Positions 31,663 through 40,942 of a DNA stretch of 44,974 nt are shown here, one piece after another (positions within the stretch are counted from its first letter, which is position 1; the number at the start of each line of letters is the position of its first letter). The DNA comes from Myxococcota bacterium. GTDB taxonomy: Bacteria > Myxococcota_A > Polyangia > HGW-17. Position numbers and translations under genes: made by a program. The notes beneath the pieces were generated by a model, which saw only the letters and a list, made by a program, of their open reading frames with translations, ran no database searches and was not told where the DNA came from. The stretch is taken from positions 1-44,974 of the forward strand of contig JAHJLU010000383.1 of assembly GCA_018821745.1 (NCBI GenBank). The letters are read 5' to 3'.

Positions 31663-34596
31663 ATGGAGACAGACATGAAAGATTACAACCCTTTAGAATT
31701 TGAAGAGAATATATACTCCTGGTGGGAAGAATCGGGATTTTTCAAGGCATCCGACAGCTCCGATGCTCCCCCCTATTGTATTGTCATCCCCCCGCCCAAT
31801 GTGACAGGGGCTCTGCATATGGGTCATGCCCTCACCAACGTCATCCAGGACACCATCATCCGGTGGCGCCGAATGCAGGGTTACAACACCCTGTGGCTTC
31901 CCGGCACAGACCACGCGGGGATCGCCACACAGGCCGTGGTAGAGAGAAACCTCCGCCGCGAAGGCACCTCCCGCCACGAGCTCGGGAGAGAGCGCTTTTT
32001 GGAGGAGGTATGGAAATGGAAAGAGCAGTACGGCGCCCGCATTACGGGGCAGCTTCGCCGTCTGGGCTCCTCCCTGGACTGGTCCCGCGAGCGGTTCACG
32101 ATGGACGAGGGGCTGAGCAACGCTGTCAATGAAGTCTTCGTGCGTCTTCACGAGCAGGGACTTCTGTACAGGGATAACCGCCTCATCAACTGGTGCCCTT
32201 CCTGCAGAACGGCGCTCTCCAACCTGGAAGTGGAGCACGAAGGCCACGAGGGTAACTTCTACCACATCAACTACCCCGTTGTGGACGCCCAGGGCAATCC
32301 CACCACGGATCACGTGACAGTCGCCACCACACGACCGGAGACCATGCTGGGCGACACCGCCGTTGCAGTGCACCCCGAGCCCGAAAAGGCCCTCACGGAT
32401 AAAATCAGAAAGGCCGAAAAAGACCTGGAAGGATCTTCCGAGGGCGAGCGCCCGGAGAAAGAAGCCCAACTCTCTGCTCTACGCAGCCGAATGGAAGAAC
32501 CTGTCCTCTCCAAGCTCAAGTGGCTTGCCTCCCTTATCGGGTCCAGTGTTCTTTTGCCCCTGACGGGACGATCCATCCCCGTGGTGGGCGATCTCCACGC
32601 AGACCCGGCGCTGGGAACCGGCGCCGTAAAAATCACGCCGGGCCATGACTTTAACGACTTTGAGGTGGGAAAACGGCAGCAGCTTGAACGCATCAACATT
32701 CTGAACGAAGACGGCTCTCTCAACGAAAACTGCGGGGAGTATGCGGGACTGTCCGTGCTCGACGCGAGACTCCGCGTGGTCGAGGATCTTACTGCGCAGG
32801 GCTACCTTGATCACACCGAGCCGCGGGATCACGAGGTCGGCCATTGCAGCCGCTGTGAAGCCGTGGTGGAGCCCATGCTCTCCCTCCAGTGGTTCGTGGA
32901 TGCCAAACCGCTTGCAGAAAAAGCTGTCGCCGCGGTCAGGGAAAAACAGACGGAGATTATCCCCCCCATGTGGGAGAAGGTTTTCTATCACTGGATGGAG
33001 AACATTGAAGACTGGTGCGTGTCCCGCCAGCTCTGGTGGGGACACCGCATCCCTGCCTGGTATTGCGATCATGGCCACATCACCGTGGCCCGGCAGACTC
33101 CCTCCTGCTGCAGTGTCTGTGGAGATGCCTCGGTGCATCAGGATGAAGATGTGCTGGACACATGGTTTTCCTCGGCCCTGTGGCCCTTCTCCACCCTGGG
33201 CTGGCCGGAAGAAACGCCGGCCCTCGCCACCTTCTATCCCAACGCCCTCATGGAGACCGGTTTCGACATCCTTTTCTTCTGGGTAGCCCGCATGATGATG
33301 ATGGGGATCCACTTCCTCGACGAGGTGCCCTTCAAGAAGGTGTTCCTCCATGCCATGGTCCGCGACAACGAAGGTCGCAAGATGTCAAAATCACTGGGAA
33401 ACACCATCGACCCACTGGATGTGATCGCCGGAATCAGCCTCCCGGACCTGCTGGCAAAGGTAGAAGCGGCACTCCCTCCGGAATCGGAGAAGGAGTCCAG
33501 AAAGCATCGCATCCTTGAGGGGATTTCCAAAAAATATCCCCAGGGGATCGAAGTCCACGGAACCGATGCCCTGCGCTTCACACTGGCGGTAATGGCCGCC
33601 CAGGGCAGAGATGTAAAACTCGATATGGCGCGCATCTCCGGGTATCGTGCCTTTGCGAATAAAATATGGCAGGCTACCACGGGCATGGTCCTCCCCCATC
33701 TGGGAGACGTGCGACCCCCCTCTCCCCATGACTGGCAAGAAAAACTGGAGCTCACGGATCGATGGGTCCTCTCCAGACTGTCAACCACGGTGGGTGAGGT
33801 CAACGACCACATGGAGGAGTTCCGCCTCAACGACGCAGCAGACTCTATTTATCGTTTCTTCTGGCATGAGTTCTGTGACTGGTACCTGGAGCTGGCAAAA
33901 CCAAACCTCTACGGCAACAACGGTGATGATGCAAAAGAAAGAACCGTGGCGGTTCTGTGCCACGTCACCGACACCTTCCTGCATCTCCTCCATCCATTCA
34001 TGCCCTTCATCAGCGAGAAGCTCTGGGGAGAGATCCCCCGCGCCGGGAGCGGAGCCCCTTCCCTCATGGTCTCCTCCTTCCCCGCACGGTCAAACTTCCC
34101 CTCATTCCCCGACGCCGAAGACGACATGGAACATGTCAAGCAGGCCATTATGGCCGTTCGGGCCATCAGGGGAGAGAACAGTGTCCCCCCGGGATCCTGG
34201 GTTCAGTTGTACGTTCACACCTCCGACACCCACACGAGGAAAGTCCTGGAAGAAAACAAGGCATACCTGGTTGGCTACCTCACCCGCGCCAACGACCTGG
34301 TCTTCACCAGCGAGCGCCCTGCACGGTGCGCCGCCTCACCCCTGCGCGGGGGTGAGCTCTTCATCCCCCTCGAGGGACTCGTTGACTTCGCCGGGGAGAT
34401 TCTCCGCCTCCAGAAGGCGCTGAAAAAGTCGGAAAAAGACCTGGAGAGTATCGAGAAAAAGCTGGGAAATCCAGCCTTTATCGCGAAAGCACCGCCGGAG
34501 GTCATAGCGGAAAACAGGGCCCGCCTCGAGGAGCACCAGAGCCGGGTCGATAAGATCAGGAAATCCCTCGAGCATTTTGAGGAAATGGTCAACTGA
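31663..34596 (+). CDS. valS: Valine--tRNA ligase
   Basis: PPPNVTGALHMGHAL (HIGH), GRKMSKSLGN (KMSKS), WCPSCRTALS and WCVSRQLWWGHRIP blocks, plus a C-terminal coiled coil. An alternative start at ATG 31675 (MKDYNPLEFE) follows GGAG by 6 nt. Confidence 0.97.
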   Translation: METDMKDYNPLEFEENIYSWWEESGFFKASDSSDAPPYCIVIPPPNVTGALHMGHALTNVIQDTIIRWRRMQGYNTLWLPGTDHAGIATQAVVERNLRREGTSRHELGRERFLEEVWKWKEQYGARITGQLRRLGSSLDWSRERFTMDEGLSNAVNEVFVRLHEQGLLYRDNRLINWCPSCRTALSNLEVEHEGHEGNFYHINYPVVDAQGNPTTDHVTVATTRPETMLGDTAVAVHPEPEKALTDKIRKAEKDLEGSSEGERPEKEAQLSALRSRMEEPVLSKLKWLASLIGSSVLLPLTGRSIPVVGDLHADPALGTGAVKITPGHDFNDFEVGKRQQLERINILNEDGSLNENCGEYAGLSVLDARLRVVEDLTAQGYLDHTEPRDHEVGHCSRCEAVVEPMLSLQWFVDAKPLAEKAVAAVREKQTEIIPPMWEKVFYHWMENIEDWCVSRQLWWGHRIPAWYCDHGHITVARQTPSCCSVCGDASVHQDEDVLDTWFSSALWPFSTLGWPEETPALATFYPNALMETGFDILFFWVARMMMMGIHFLDEVPFKKVFLHAMVRDNEGRKMSKSLGNTIDPLDVIAGISLPDLLAKVEAALPPESEKESRKHRILEGISKKYPQGIEVHGTDALRFTLAVMAAQGRDVKLDMARISGYRAFANKIWQATTGMVLPHLGDVRPPSPHDWQEKLELTDRWVLSRLSTTVGEVNDHMEEFRLNDAADSIYRFFWHEFCDWYLELAKPNLYGNNGDDAKERTVAVLCHVTDTFLHLLHPFMPFISEKLWGEIPRAGSGAPSLMVSSFPARSNFPSFPDAEDDMEHVKQAIMAVRAIRGENSVPPGSWVQLYVHTSDTHTRKVLEENKAYLVGYLTRANDLVFTSERPARCAASPLRGGELFIPLEGLVDFAGEILRLQKALKKSEKDLESIEKKLGNPAFIAKAPPEVIAENRARLEEHQSRVDKIRKSLEHFEEMVN

Positions 34597-35339
34597 TGTC
34601 ATCCTCGAGGAGCCAACGACTCAGATCCCTCATCGCCCTCCCGGCGCATTCGTCGGACTGGGAATTCACCTCCGTCCTCATCTCCCGACCCCTGAACTTT
34701 CTGCTCCTTCACCTGGTGGGAGACGTGGCGTGGATCACCCCCAACCTCGTCACACTGCTGGGATTCGCCTCATTTCTTTGTGCCTCCTGGCTCATCGCCT
34801 TTCATCCCGTCCACCTTGCGGCCATCAGCCTACTCCTCTTCGCGCGCCTCATCCTCGACGACCTGGACGGCATGATGGCCCGATACCGGGGAGGGGGCTC
34901 AAAGCTTGGCTCCTACCTGGATAAAACCACAGATGTAATTGGTTTTTTTCTTTTTTTCAGCGCCCTCGGGTACCGATCAGCCATCGCCCTCAACCAGGGG
35001 TGGTATCCCTGGATTGCCCACGTCGCCACCTTCTCCCTCCTCACCACCGGGTATGTAAAATGGGTGGTCCACTCCTTTGAGCCCCCCGAGAGCGCGCAAC
35101 CTGAGAAACCCGCCGCCACCTCAATCCCCAAAAGGCCCTGGTATAAAATATTTGCCATCCTCCTTTTTTTAAAGCTGCCGGCCCTCAATGAGTGTGACAT
35201 CTTCCCCCTGGCGATCATTCTGCTGCTGCTGGGAAAACCACACTGGCTGCTGTGGGTCCTGGCCACCACACAGGTCTTTCAGATGCTCGCCATGGTCATC
35301 ATCCGCGGCGCACGCGCCCATGCCCTGGACCGAAAATAG
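34596..35339 (+). CDS. CDP-alcohol phosphatidyltransferase family membrane protein
   Basis: Exact signature DGx2ARx8Gx3Dx3D in LDDLDGMMARYRGGGSKLGSYLDKTTD. Multiple TM helices. The start overlaps the valS stop (TGATG). Confidence 0.82.
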   Translation: MSSSRSQRLRSLIALPAHSSDWEFTSVLISRPLNFLLLHLVGDVAWITPNLVTLLGFASFLCASWLIAFHPVHLAAISLLLFARLILDDLDGMMARYRGGGSKLGSYLDKTTDVIGFFLFFSALGYRSAIALNQGWYPWIAHVATFSLLTTGYVKWVVHSFEPPESAQPEKPAATSIPKRPWYKIFAILLFLKLPALNECDIFPLAIILLLLGKPHWLLWVLATTQVFQMLAMVIIRGARAHALDRK

Positions 35340-35416
35340 TCGAACCTGACACCGCATAAGGGATAACGTTTTATAGGGGGTTCAACAAAGGGGAGAGGAA
35401 AGGCAGGGGGAGTTGA

Positions 35417-36244
35417 TCAGTGCCGGCGATGGTGTCGACGACGACACACCTTTTCGTCTTTGCACACCTGCTGATCCACATAGCGACATTTGGTACGGTA
35501 ATCGGGACGACACTCGCGCTCCTTTTTACACCGACGTTTGCCATGACGTATTTTGCATATTTTTTTATATTCGCAGGTCTCCCCGATCCGCTTCTTTTTG
35601 CACCGCTGCACCTTCTCTGTGCGGCACACCCTCTCAATACGACACCGTGATTTTTTGCATTTCACCCCGTTCCAGTGGCGGCCCGCAGGGCAGATGCAGC
35701 GATTCACGCTCCAGTAGCTTCCACCGGTGCATGTACAAACGCTCCCGTTCCACACACTGCCACCGCTGCATACGCAGCGCTTGCCGTTCCATGTCTTTCC
35801 CTTGTTACAGACGCATGAGCTCCCGTTCCACACGCTGCCACCCTTGCAACGGCGGACCGCATGGGATTTGATCAGGTAGGCGGTCATAGTGACCCGCATC
35901 TTGTGTGTGCTGAAGACCCCCGCGATTGAGCGCGAACTGGAAAAATAGAAAGAGCCGGGCAGATTATACCGGTGCCTGCCGTTGTGGGTTTTCCACGTGC
36001 CAATCAACTTGCGCTGATGCCGGTTATAGGTCCCCACGAAGGAGTTCCAACCCGAGTAGGTTCCGCCCGAGAGGGTCCCGTAGGTGTAACCGCCAGACTG
36101 TGTAAAAGTTATGTATGTATTACGATGAATGGTGAGCGTGTGGCTGTTGAATTTCCACTTTCCCAAAAATGGGTTGGCGCCAGCAAAGGCCGGGAATATC
36201 ATGAGAAACCCGAGAATACCCCACGGTGCAAATTTCCTAATCAT
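35417..36244 (-). CDS. Secreted protein with five G-x2-WNG-x2-C-x-C mini-repeats and an extremely basic Cys/Lys/Arg-rich tail
   Basis: AAAGGA precedes the ATG. Signal peptide MIRKFAPWGILGFLMIFPAFAGA. Repeats GGSVWNGSSCVC / KGKTWNGKRCVC / GGSVWNGSVCTC / GGSYWSVNRCIC / AGRHWNGVKCKK. The tail ends RRRHHRRH. Confidence 0.7.
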   Translation of the reverse strand: MIRKFAPWGILGFLMIFPAFAGANPFLGKWKFNSHTLTIHRNTYITFTQSGGYTYGTLSGGTYSGWNSFVGTYNRHQRKLIGTWKTHNGRHRYNLPGSFYFSSSRSIAGVFSTHKMRVTMTAYLIKSHAVRRCKGGSVWNGSSCVCNKGKTWNGKRCVCSGGSVWNGSVCTCTGGSYWSVNRCICPAGRHWNGVKCKKSRCRIERVCRTEKVQRCKKKRIGETCEYKKICKIRHGKRRCKKERECRPDYRTKCRYVDQQVCKDEKVCRRRHHRRH

Positions 36245-36294
36245 ACGAGCTGTCCTTTCGCTAAAGAAGTAAATATAATGGTCAGTACCCTTCT

Positions 36295-36324
36295 ACCATA
36301 CTGTCCATGGTCGACGCTTGTCAA
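36295..36324 (-). promoter_or_regulatory. Sigma70-like promoter candidate for the basic Cys-rich protein gene
   Basis: The minus strand reads TTGACA (36324..36319), an 18-nt spacer, then TATGGT (36300..36295), about 45 nt upstream of the start. Confidence 0.35.
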
Positions 36325-36497
36325 GGCTTCCTTATTCATTTCATTGGATAATATCTCGGATAACAAGAGTTAGAGTGCCAAAATTATTTACCCTTTTCTC
36401 TCTTTGACTTTTTCCCGGGGGGCTCTCAACGCCCAGGGATTGGAATATTTTTTGTCATGTCTTTTCAAGTCAGTGGATAACAGGTACACTTCCCCCC

Positions 36498-36938
36498 ATG
36501 GCCCGGCTTCTGATAATTCCACTCGTAATGAGTTTATTCGTCTCTCCCTCGTGCAAACGCGATGAGTGGAGACTCGACGGAAATGATCCCATGGAGCGTT
36601 CTGTCCTGCTCTTCCCGGGAACCAGGAAGACCATCGTCATCACCACCGCCAAATATCTGGAAAAAGTAGACATCGGCATCGACTTTGATCTTCCTGCCGA
36701 CGCCCTTGACCTCAAAATAGTCACCGGTGGCCACACCTATCGGGGGAGGAGGATGGCAGGCACTTTTATGCCCCTGGTGGTCTGCGGTGTCCCCACTGGT
36801 AAAGGTCGCCTTGTGCTTCATCTTCGCCAGCGTTCTTTGGCCAAGTCAGCGTGGGTCGCCATAAGAGTTGCCCCCTCTCTCTCGAAAATGTGCGCTCCCA
36901 CGACCCCCATCTGGGATGATTATGTGGTGCGCAGATGA
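36498..36938 (+). CDS. Small hypothetical lipoprotein
   Basis: MARLLIIPLVMSLFVSPSC lipobox. The stop overlaps the start of the downstream kinase (ATGA). No SD seen. Confidence 0.55.
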   Translation: MARLLIIPLVMSLFVSPSCKRDEWRLDGNDPMERSVLLFPGTRKTIVITTAKYLEKVDIGIDFDLPADALDLKIVTGGHTYRGRRMAGTFMPLVVCGVPTGKGRLVLHLRQRSLAKSAWVAIRVAPSLSKMCAPTTPIWDDYVVRR

Positions 36939-38332
36939 TCTCACGACGGCTCTCCCTGTATGCGCTCTTTGCCCTCCTCTCCCTGATCCCGGGGGTGGCA
37001 ACCTTTTTCTCCACCACGGGAAAAAAACCCATGAACCCCCTTGTTCTTCAATCACTTCTCGTAAATATATCGAGACAGATCCATGGGGGCATTCCCCTCT
37101 CCAGCGGTGCCAACCGCCGTAAACTCAAACCCTTTACTCAACTTCTCCTGCTGCACTACAGCGGCGTATACCTGGGGGATACCAAGGGAGAACTGCTCTT
37201 CGGGAAGGGCACCCTCAAAGATGCCAGAGTCTGTACCAACCAACTGACACTAACAAAAGCCAGGGCAGCATCTCCCCCATGGACCTGTTATAAAATTCCA
37301 GGCAAGACCTCCTCCCTGGCACTCTCGGGAGGCGCGTCCTCTCCCCTGCCCCTCTTTTTCTGGCCCGTTCTCCTGCTCCCCCTTCTGGTGTTTGCCGGCT
37401 TTGTGTTCTGGTTCGAAAACAGAGCCCGTTCCCTGAAGCAGTTGGCACAAACCATGAAAATTGTAGGGGCCGGAGACCTGCCCCGCCTCTCCATGAAGAC
37501 ACAGGGGGATCTGTCGGAGCTTGAAAAATCCCTGGCGGTAATGATTGCCCTCATCCGTGAGAAGGAAGAAAACCTGGCTGCCCAGGTAGAACTCATCTCC
37601 CAGCAGGCCCGCCGGCTCGAGCAGTCGGAGCACGAGCTCATGGACCACGAAAAACTGGCCACTGTCGGCAAGCTGGCAGCAGGAATTGCCCATGAGGTGG
37701 GTAACCCCCTCTCGGCGCTCATGGGTCTGGTTGAGCTTATGAAGGATGGCAATCTTCCCCCCGAAGTGGTCTCGGATAACTACCGGATCATGGAAGATGA
37801 ACTCTCCCGTATGGACCATTTGATCCGGCAACTGCTTGAATTTTCCAAGCCCCCTGCCACAAACCCGGAGCCAACATCCCCCTTTGAGATGGTGAAGAAG
37901 GCTGTTGACCTGATCAAATCCCGGCGAGAGTTCCGCGACGTCACCTTTACCAATAAAATTTCACCCGAGGGCCCCCTCTTCCTGGCCTCATCGGAACTGC
38001 TTCAGGTCCTCCATAATCTCTTCCTCAATGCCGCGCATGCCACAGAGGGTTCAGGGAATATTGAGATCTTCACACAGTTACACGGGGAGTCTCTGCAACT
38101 GTTTGTTCTGGATGAGGGGCCGGGTATCCCCCCTCACCTGGAATCTGAAATTTTTGAACCATTTTTTACCACCAAGGAGCCCGGAGTGGGCACAGGTCTT
38201 GGATTGAGCGTCTCTCGGAAAATAATGGAAAACATGGGCGGGACCCTCTCTTTGGAAAAAACCGGGAAGGGAGCCTGCTTCAGATTATCCCTCCCCTCTC
38301 TCATCGAGCCTTTTTCTGTTGACAGAAAATGA
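36935..38332 (+). CDS. Sensor histidine kinase (two TM helices, HAMP, HisKA, HATPase)
   Basis: H-box LAAGIAHEVGNPLSALMG. ATPase boxes LFLNAAHAT, LDEGPGIP and GTGLGLSVSRKI. A HAMP-like segment follows the TM helix PVLLLPLLVFAGFVFWF. Confidence 0.9.
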   Translation: MISRRLSLYALFALLSLIPGVATFFSTTGKKPMNPLVLQSLLVNISRQIHGGIPLSSGANRRKLKPFTQLLLLHYSGVYLGDTKGELLFGKGTLKDARVCTNQLTLTKARAASPPWTCYKIPGKTSSLALSGGASSPLPLFFWPVLLLPLLVFAGFVFWFENRARSLKQLAQTMKIVGAGDLPRLSMKTQGDLSELEKSLAVMIALIREKEENLAAQVELISQQARRLEQSEHELMDHEKLATVGKLAAGIAHEVGNPLSALMGLVELMKDGNLPPEVVSDNYRIMEDELSRMDHLIRQLLEFSKPPATNPEPTSPFEMVKKAVDLIKSRREFRDVTFTNKISPEGPLFLASSELLQVLHNLFLNAAHATEGSGNIEIFTQLHGESLQLFVLDEGPGIPPHLESEIFEPFFTTKEPGVGTGLGLSVSRKIMENMGGTLSLEKTGKGACFRLSLPSLIEPFSVDRK

Positions 38333-38368
38333 CTTGCCCATATAGGGTTTCGCCGGAACAACAGCATC

Positions 38369-39490
38369 ATGAATCCTCTCTCGTATATCAAAAATCGCAT
38401 CATCATTATCGCCCTGGCCGCTGCACTTGGTCTTCTCCTGTTCTTCATGGGCAGACAGGGGCCTGCCTCACCGAAATCCCAGCCTGCTTCTAAGAAGCTC
38501 GCTGAACCACCCCACATCACCCAGGTACCTCCCGTCAAAACGGCTCCGGTCAAGAACACTGTGCCATTGCCCAATGTAACGCCCAAGGGATGTGTGGTGG
38601 AAAAAGTGAAGATCCCTCCCCAGCCCGTCTCCAGGGGCACTATTCCCCTGTGGCCCAAGGCTGCCCTGGCCCCAGAAGACAAAGATCTCGAAGCCCATCT
38701 CAAGATCGCCAAAATCGACAAGCAACCCAAATTCGAACAGGTCAAGCATTACCATATCGCCGGAAAAATCATGCTCATGCGAGCAAAGTATCTCGACTAC
38801 TATGCCAACACGGGAAAGAAAAAGCCCCTCACTCTCCCCGATGGCAGTGACTTTGCCATCCCCGAGGAGCGTCTCAAAGCAAAGGCCCTTGCCATGGATC
38901 TGGCGTCCAGAGCCGCGGCGCTGCTGAGCTCTACCCGGCCACATCCCAAATACGCCTTGTGGTCAGAGGCGCTGTATCTCAGCGCCCAGGCCTATATTCT
39001 GGTCAATAAAAAAGAGCAGGCGGCCAAATATCTCGAGATCATCTCTCGCACCAAATCCAAAGCCTTGGCAGCCAATTACGGACGATTTCTCCTGGGAAAA
39101 CTCCTCTTTCAGGGGGGAAAATTTCTTGACGCCATTAAAATGCTGAAGAAGGCCTCGGAGCTTCCACCCTTCTTTGAAAAAGTGCGTGAGTGGTATCTCC
39201 TGGCGGCTCGAATTGGAGCCTCCTCCGATGCCGACATTCCCTCTCTCCCCGAGATTGTCGCACCACTTGCCGGCAACAAAGAGTTTTACCAGGCCCTGGT
39301 GTTCGTCATAGCTGAACGCATCAAGCGCAGCAATGACCCCCTCTCCTCACTCAAAGGCATCCTGAAGAAGCTGCCCGCAGCCTATCACAAACCCCTGGTG
39401 TCATGGATACACGGCCTGGTTAAAAATTCAAACCTGCTGCAGCGCACCGCTCTGGCCACGGCCCTTTGCAAAATGCAGAAAGAAATGTAA
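38369..39490 (+). CDS. Hypothetical membrane-anchored protein with helical (TPR-like) C-terminal region
   Basis: N-terminal TM segment IIIIALAAALGLLLFF, a Pro-rich linker, then helical repeats (ALYLSAQAYILVNKKEQAAKYLEII). Confidence 0.65.
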   Translation: MNPLSYIKNRIIIIALAAALGLLLFFMGRQGPASPKSQPASKKLAEPPHITQVPPVKTAPVKNTVPLPNVTPKGCVVEKVKIPPQPVSRGTIPLWPKAALAPEDKDLEAHLKIAKIDKQPKFEQVKHYHIAGKIMLMRAKYLDYYANTGKKKPLTLPDGSDFAIPEERLKAKALAMDLASRAAALLSSTRPHPKYALWSEALYLSAQAYILVNKKEQAAKYLEIISRTKSKALAANYGRFLLGKLLFQGGKFLDAIKMLKKASELPPFFEKVREWYLLAARIGASSDADIPSLPEIVAPLAGNKEFYQALVFVIAERIKRSNDPLSSLKGILKKLPAAYHKPLVSWIHGLVKNSNLLQRTALATALCKMQKEM

Positions 39491-39497
39491 ATTGCCC

Positions 39498-40007
39498 ATG
39501 AATTACAGCATTACCCATACCTTCTCCTTCCCCGTGGATGTCCTGGAAAAAGCCATGCTCCACCCTGACCTCATCCCCTTTCTCCAAAGTGAGATGGATT
39601 CCCTTGACGAGATGGAGGTTCTTGAATGTGTCGATGAGGGTGAGACCATCAGGCGTCGCATCCGATATCTTCCCAAACCCATCATTAAAAGAATCGGCCT
39701 CAAAAAAGTGCCACCCAAGGCCATGGAGTTCGTGGAACATTCCGTGTATCACAAAACGCAGCAGATGCTGGAGTACAATAACATCTCCACCCACCCCAAG
39801 GTTAGATCCATCTTTGTCAACCGCGGGAACATTACCTTTGCATACTCGGGCAACACCACCACCAGGACCATCGCCGGGGAGCTCCACGTCAAGGTCAAGG
39901 TGCTGGGAATGGTAGCCGAGAAGGTGATCTACAAATCCGCCAAATCCGTTCTGGACGATGAGGCGGCAGCTTTAACTAAGTTTATTACCCTTAAAAATCT
40001 GGGGTAA
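39498..40007 (+). CDS. Hypothetical protein, possibly SRPBCC/START-like fold
   Basis: ATG 39498; the track start at 39492 is TTG. About 170 aa with a mixed beta/terminal-helix pattern. The fold assignment is weak. Confidence 0.55.
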   Translation: MNYSITHTFSFPVDVLEKAMLHPDLIPFLQSEMDSLDEMEVLECVDEGETIRRRIRYLPKPIIKRIGLKKVPPKAMEFVEHSVYHKTQQMLEYNNISTHPKVRSIFVNRGNITFAYSGNTTTRTIAGELHVKVKVLGMVAEKVIYKSAKSVLDDEAAALTKFITLKNLG

Positions 40008-40103
40008 CAACACTTTGGTGCTTCTCTATTAAACCGAAACCCCTTCCCTGTCCTTTAGCAGATTATCAGTATTATCCCGGGCACATCCCATTGACATCCC
40101 TTC

Positions 40104-40871
40104 TTATTTTTCGGGCAGCGCCGGCGAGATGAGGGATGGTTTGTTGTTTTGTCCCCACTTTTCCCAGTGGAGTTTTGCCGCATCCCATTTATTCTTCGGA
40201 ACATCATCTCCCTTGGGCCACCCGATGGGAATAACCGCCAGGGGAATAATATGCTTTGGCAAAGAGAGCAACGTGGTGACAACCCCGAGCTGTTTCTCCA
40301 TGGGATAGACTCCCGTCCACACGGCTCCAAGCCCCATGGCTTCAGCTGCAAGCAGGATATTCTCCACGGCGGCACTCACATCCTGAATCCAGAACTCCAG
40401 CATCTTCCCGGGGAGGGCCTTCTCCAGATCCCCGGCGACGATAATTGCGGCGGGTGTCTGCTTTATCATTTTCGCATAGGGGAGCTTATCCCCAAGGGCA
40501 TCAAGCGTTTTTCGCTCTGTAATAATAATAAACGCCCAGGGCTGTTTGTTCACCGCAGTGGGTGCAGCCATCCCTGCTCTCACCAGTTTCTCCAGCCACA
40601 TGGTTGGTACGGGTCTGGAGAGGTAGTGACGCACGCTCTTTCGCCGGTGAATGATTTTTAGGACTGCAGCGGCGTCACTTTGCCCTACCGACGGAACCCC
40701 TTTGTTATCCAAGGACCCTGGAGTTTTTTGGTTCTTGGCTTTTCCTGTTGGACCCACAAGCGCTTTCTTGTCCCCGCAGGAGCATGAGTCCCCACCTTTT
40801 GTTTTGCACCCGACCACGGCCAGCAGACTGATTAAAAGCACAGCAAAAAAAAGAATCCGGTTATTACCCAT
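40104..40871 (-). CDS. Nitroreductase-family flavoprotein, lipoprotein
   Basis: AGGAGG precedes the ATG. Lipobox LLAVVGC. Nitroreductase blocks RRKSVRHY, APTAVNKQPWAFIII, AVENILLAAEAMGLGAVW and AVIPIGWP. Confidence 0.87.
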   Translation of the reverse strand: MGNNRILFFAVLLISLLAVVGCKTKGGDSCSCGDKKALVGPTGKAKNQKTPGSLDNKGVPSVGQSDAAAVLKIIHRRKSVRHYLSRPVPTMWLEKLVRAGMAAPTAVNKQPWAFIIITERKTLDALGDKLPYAKMIKQTPAAIIVAGDLEKALPGKMLEFWIQDVSAAVENILLAAEAMGLGAVWTGVYPMEKQLGVVTTLLSLPKHIIPLAVIPIGWPKGDDVPKNKWDAAKLHWEKWGQNNKPSLISPALPEK

Positions 40872-40942
40872 GGAAAGTACCTCCTGATGAACATCTTTTA
40901 CAAAACCCGGGGCGAAAAAGAAAGATAAATGAATGATAAGAG

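Noticed and set aside
36441-36456. Sigma54-like element TGGAAT-ATTTT-TTGTC upstream of the lipoprotein/kinase pair
   Set aside because: The spacing is correct and the -24 GG is present, but the near-invariant -12 GC is GT and the -24 flank deviates from TGGCAC. This is not enough for a call.
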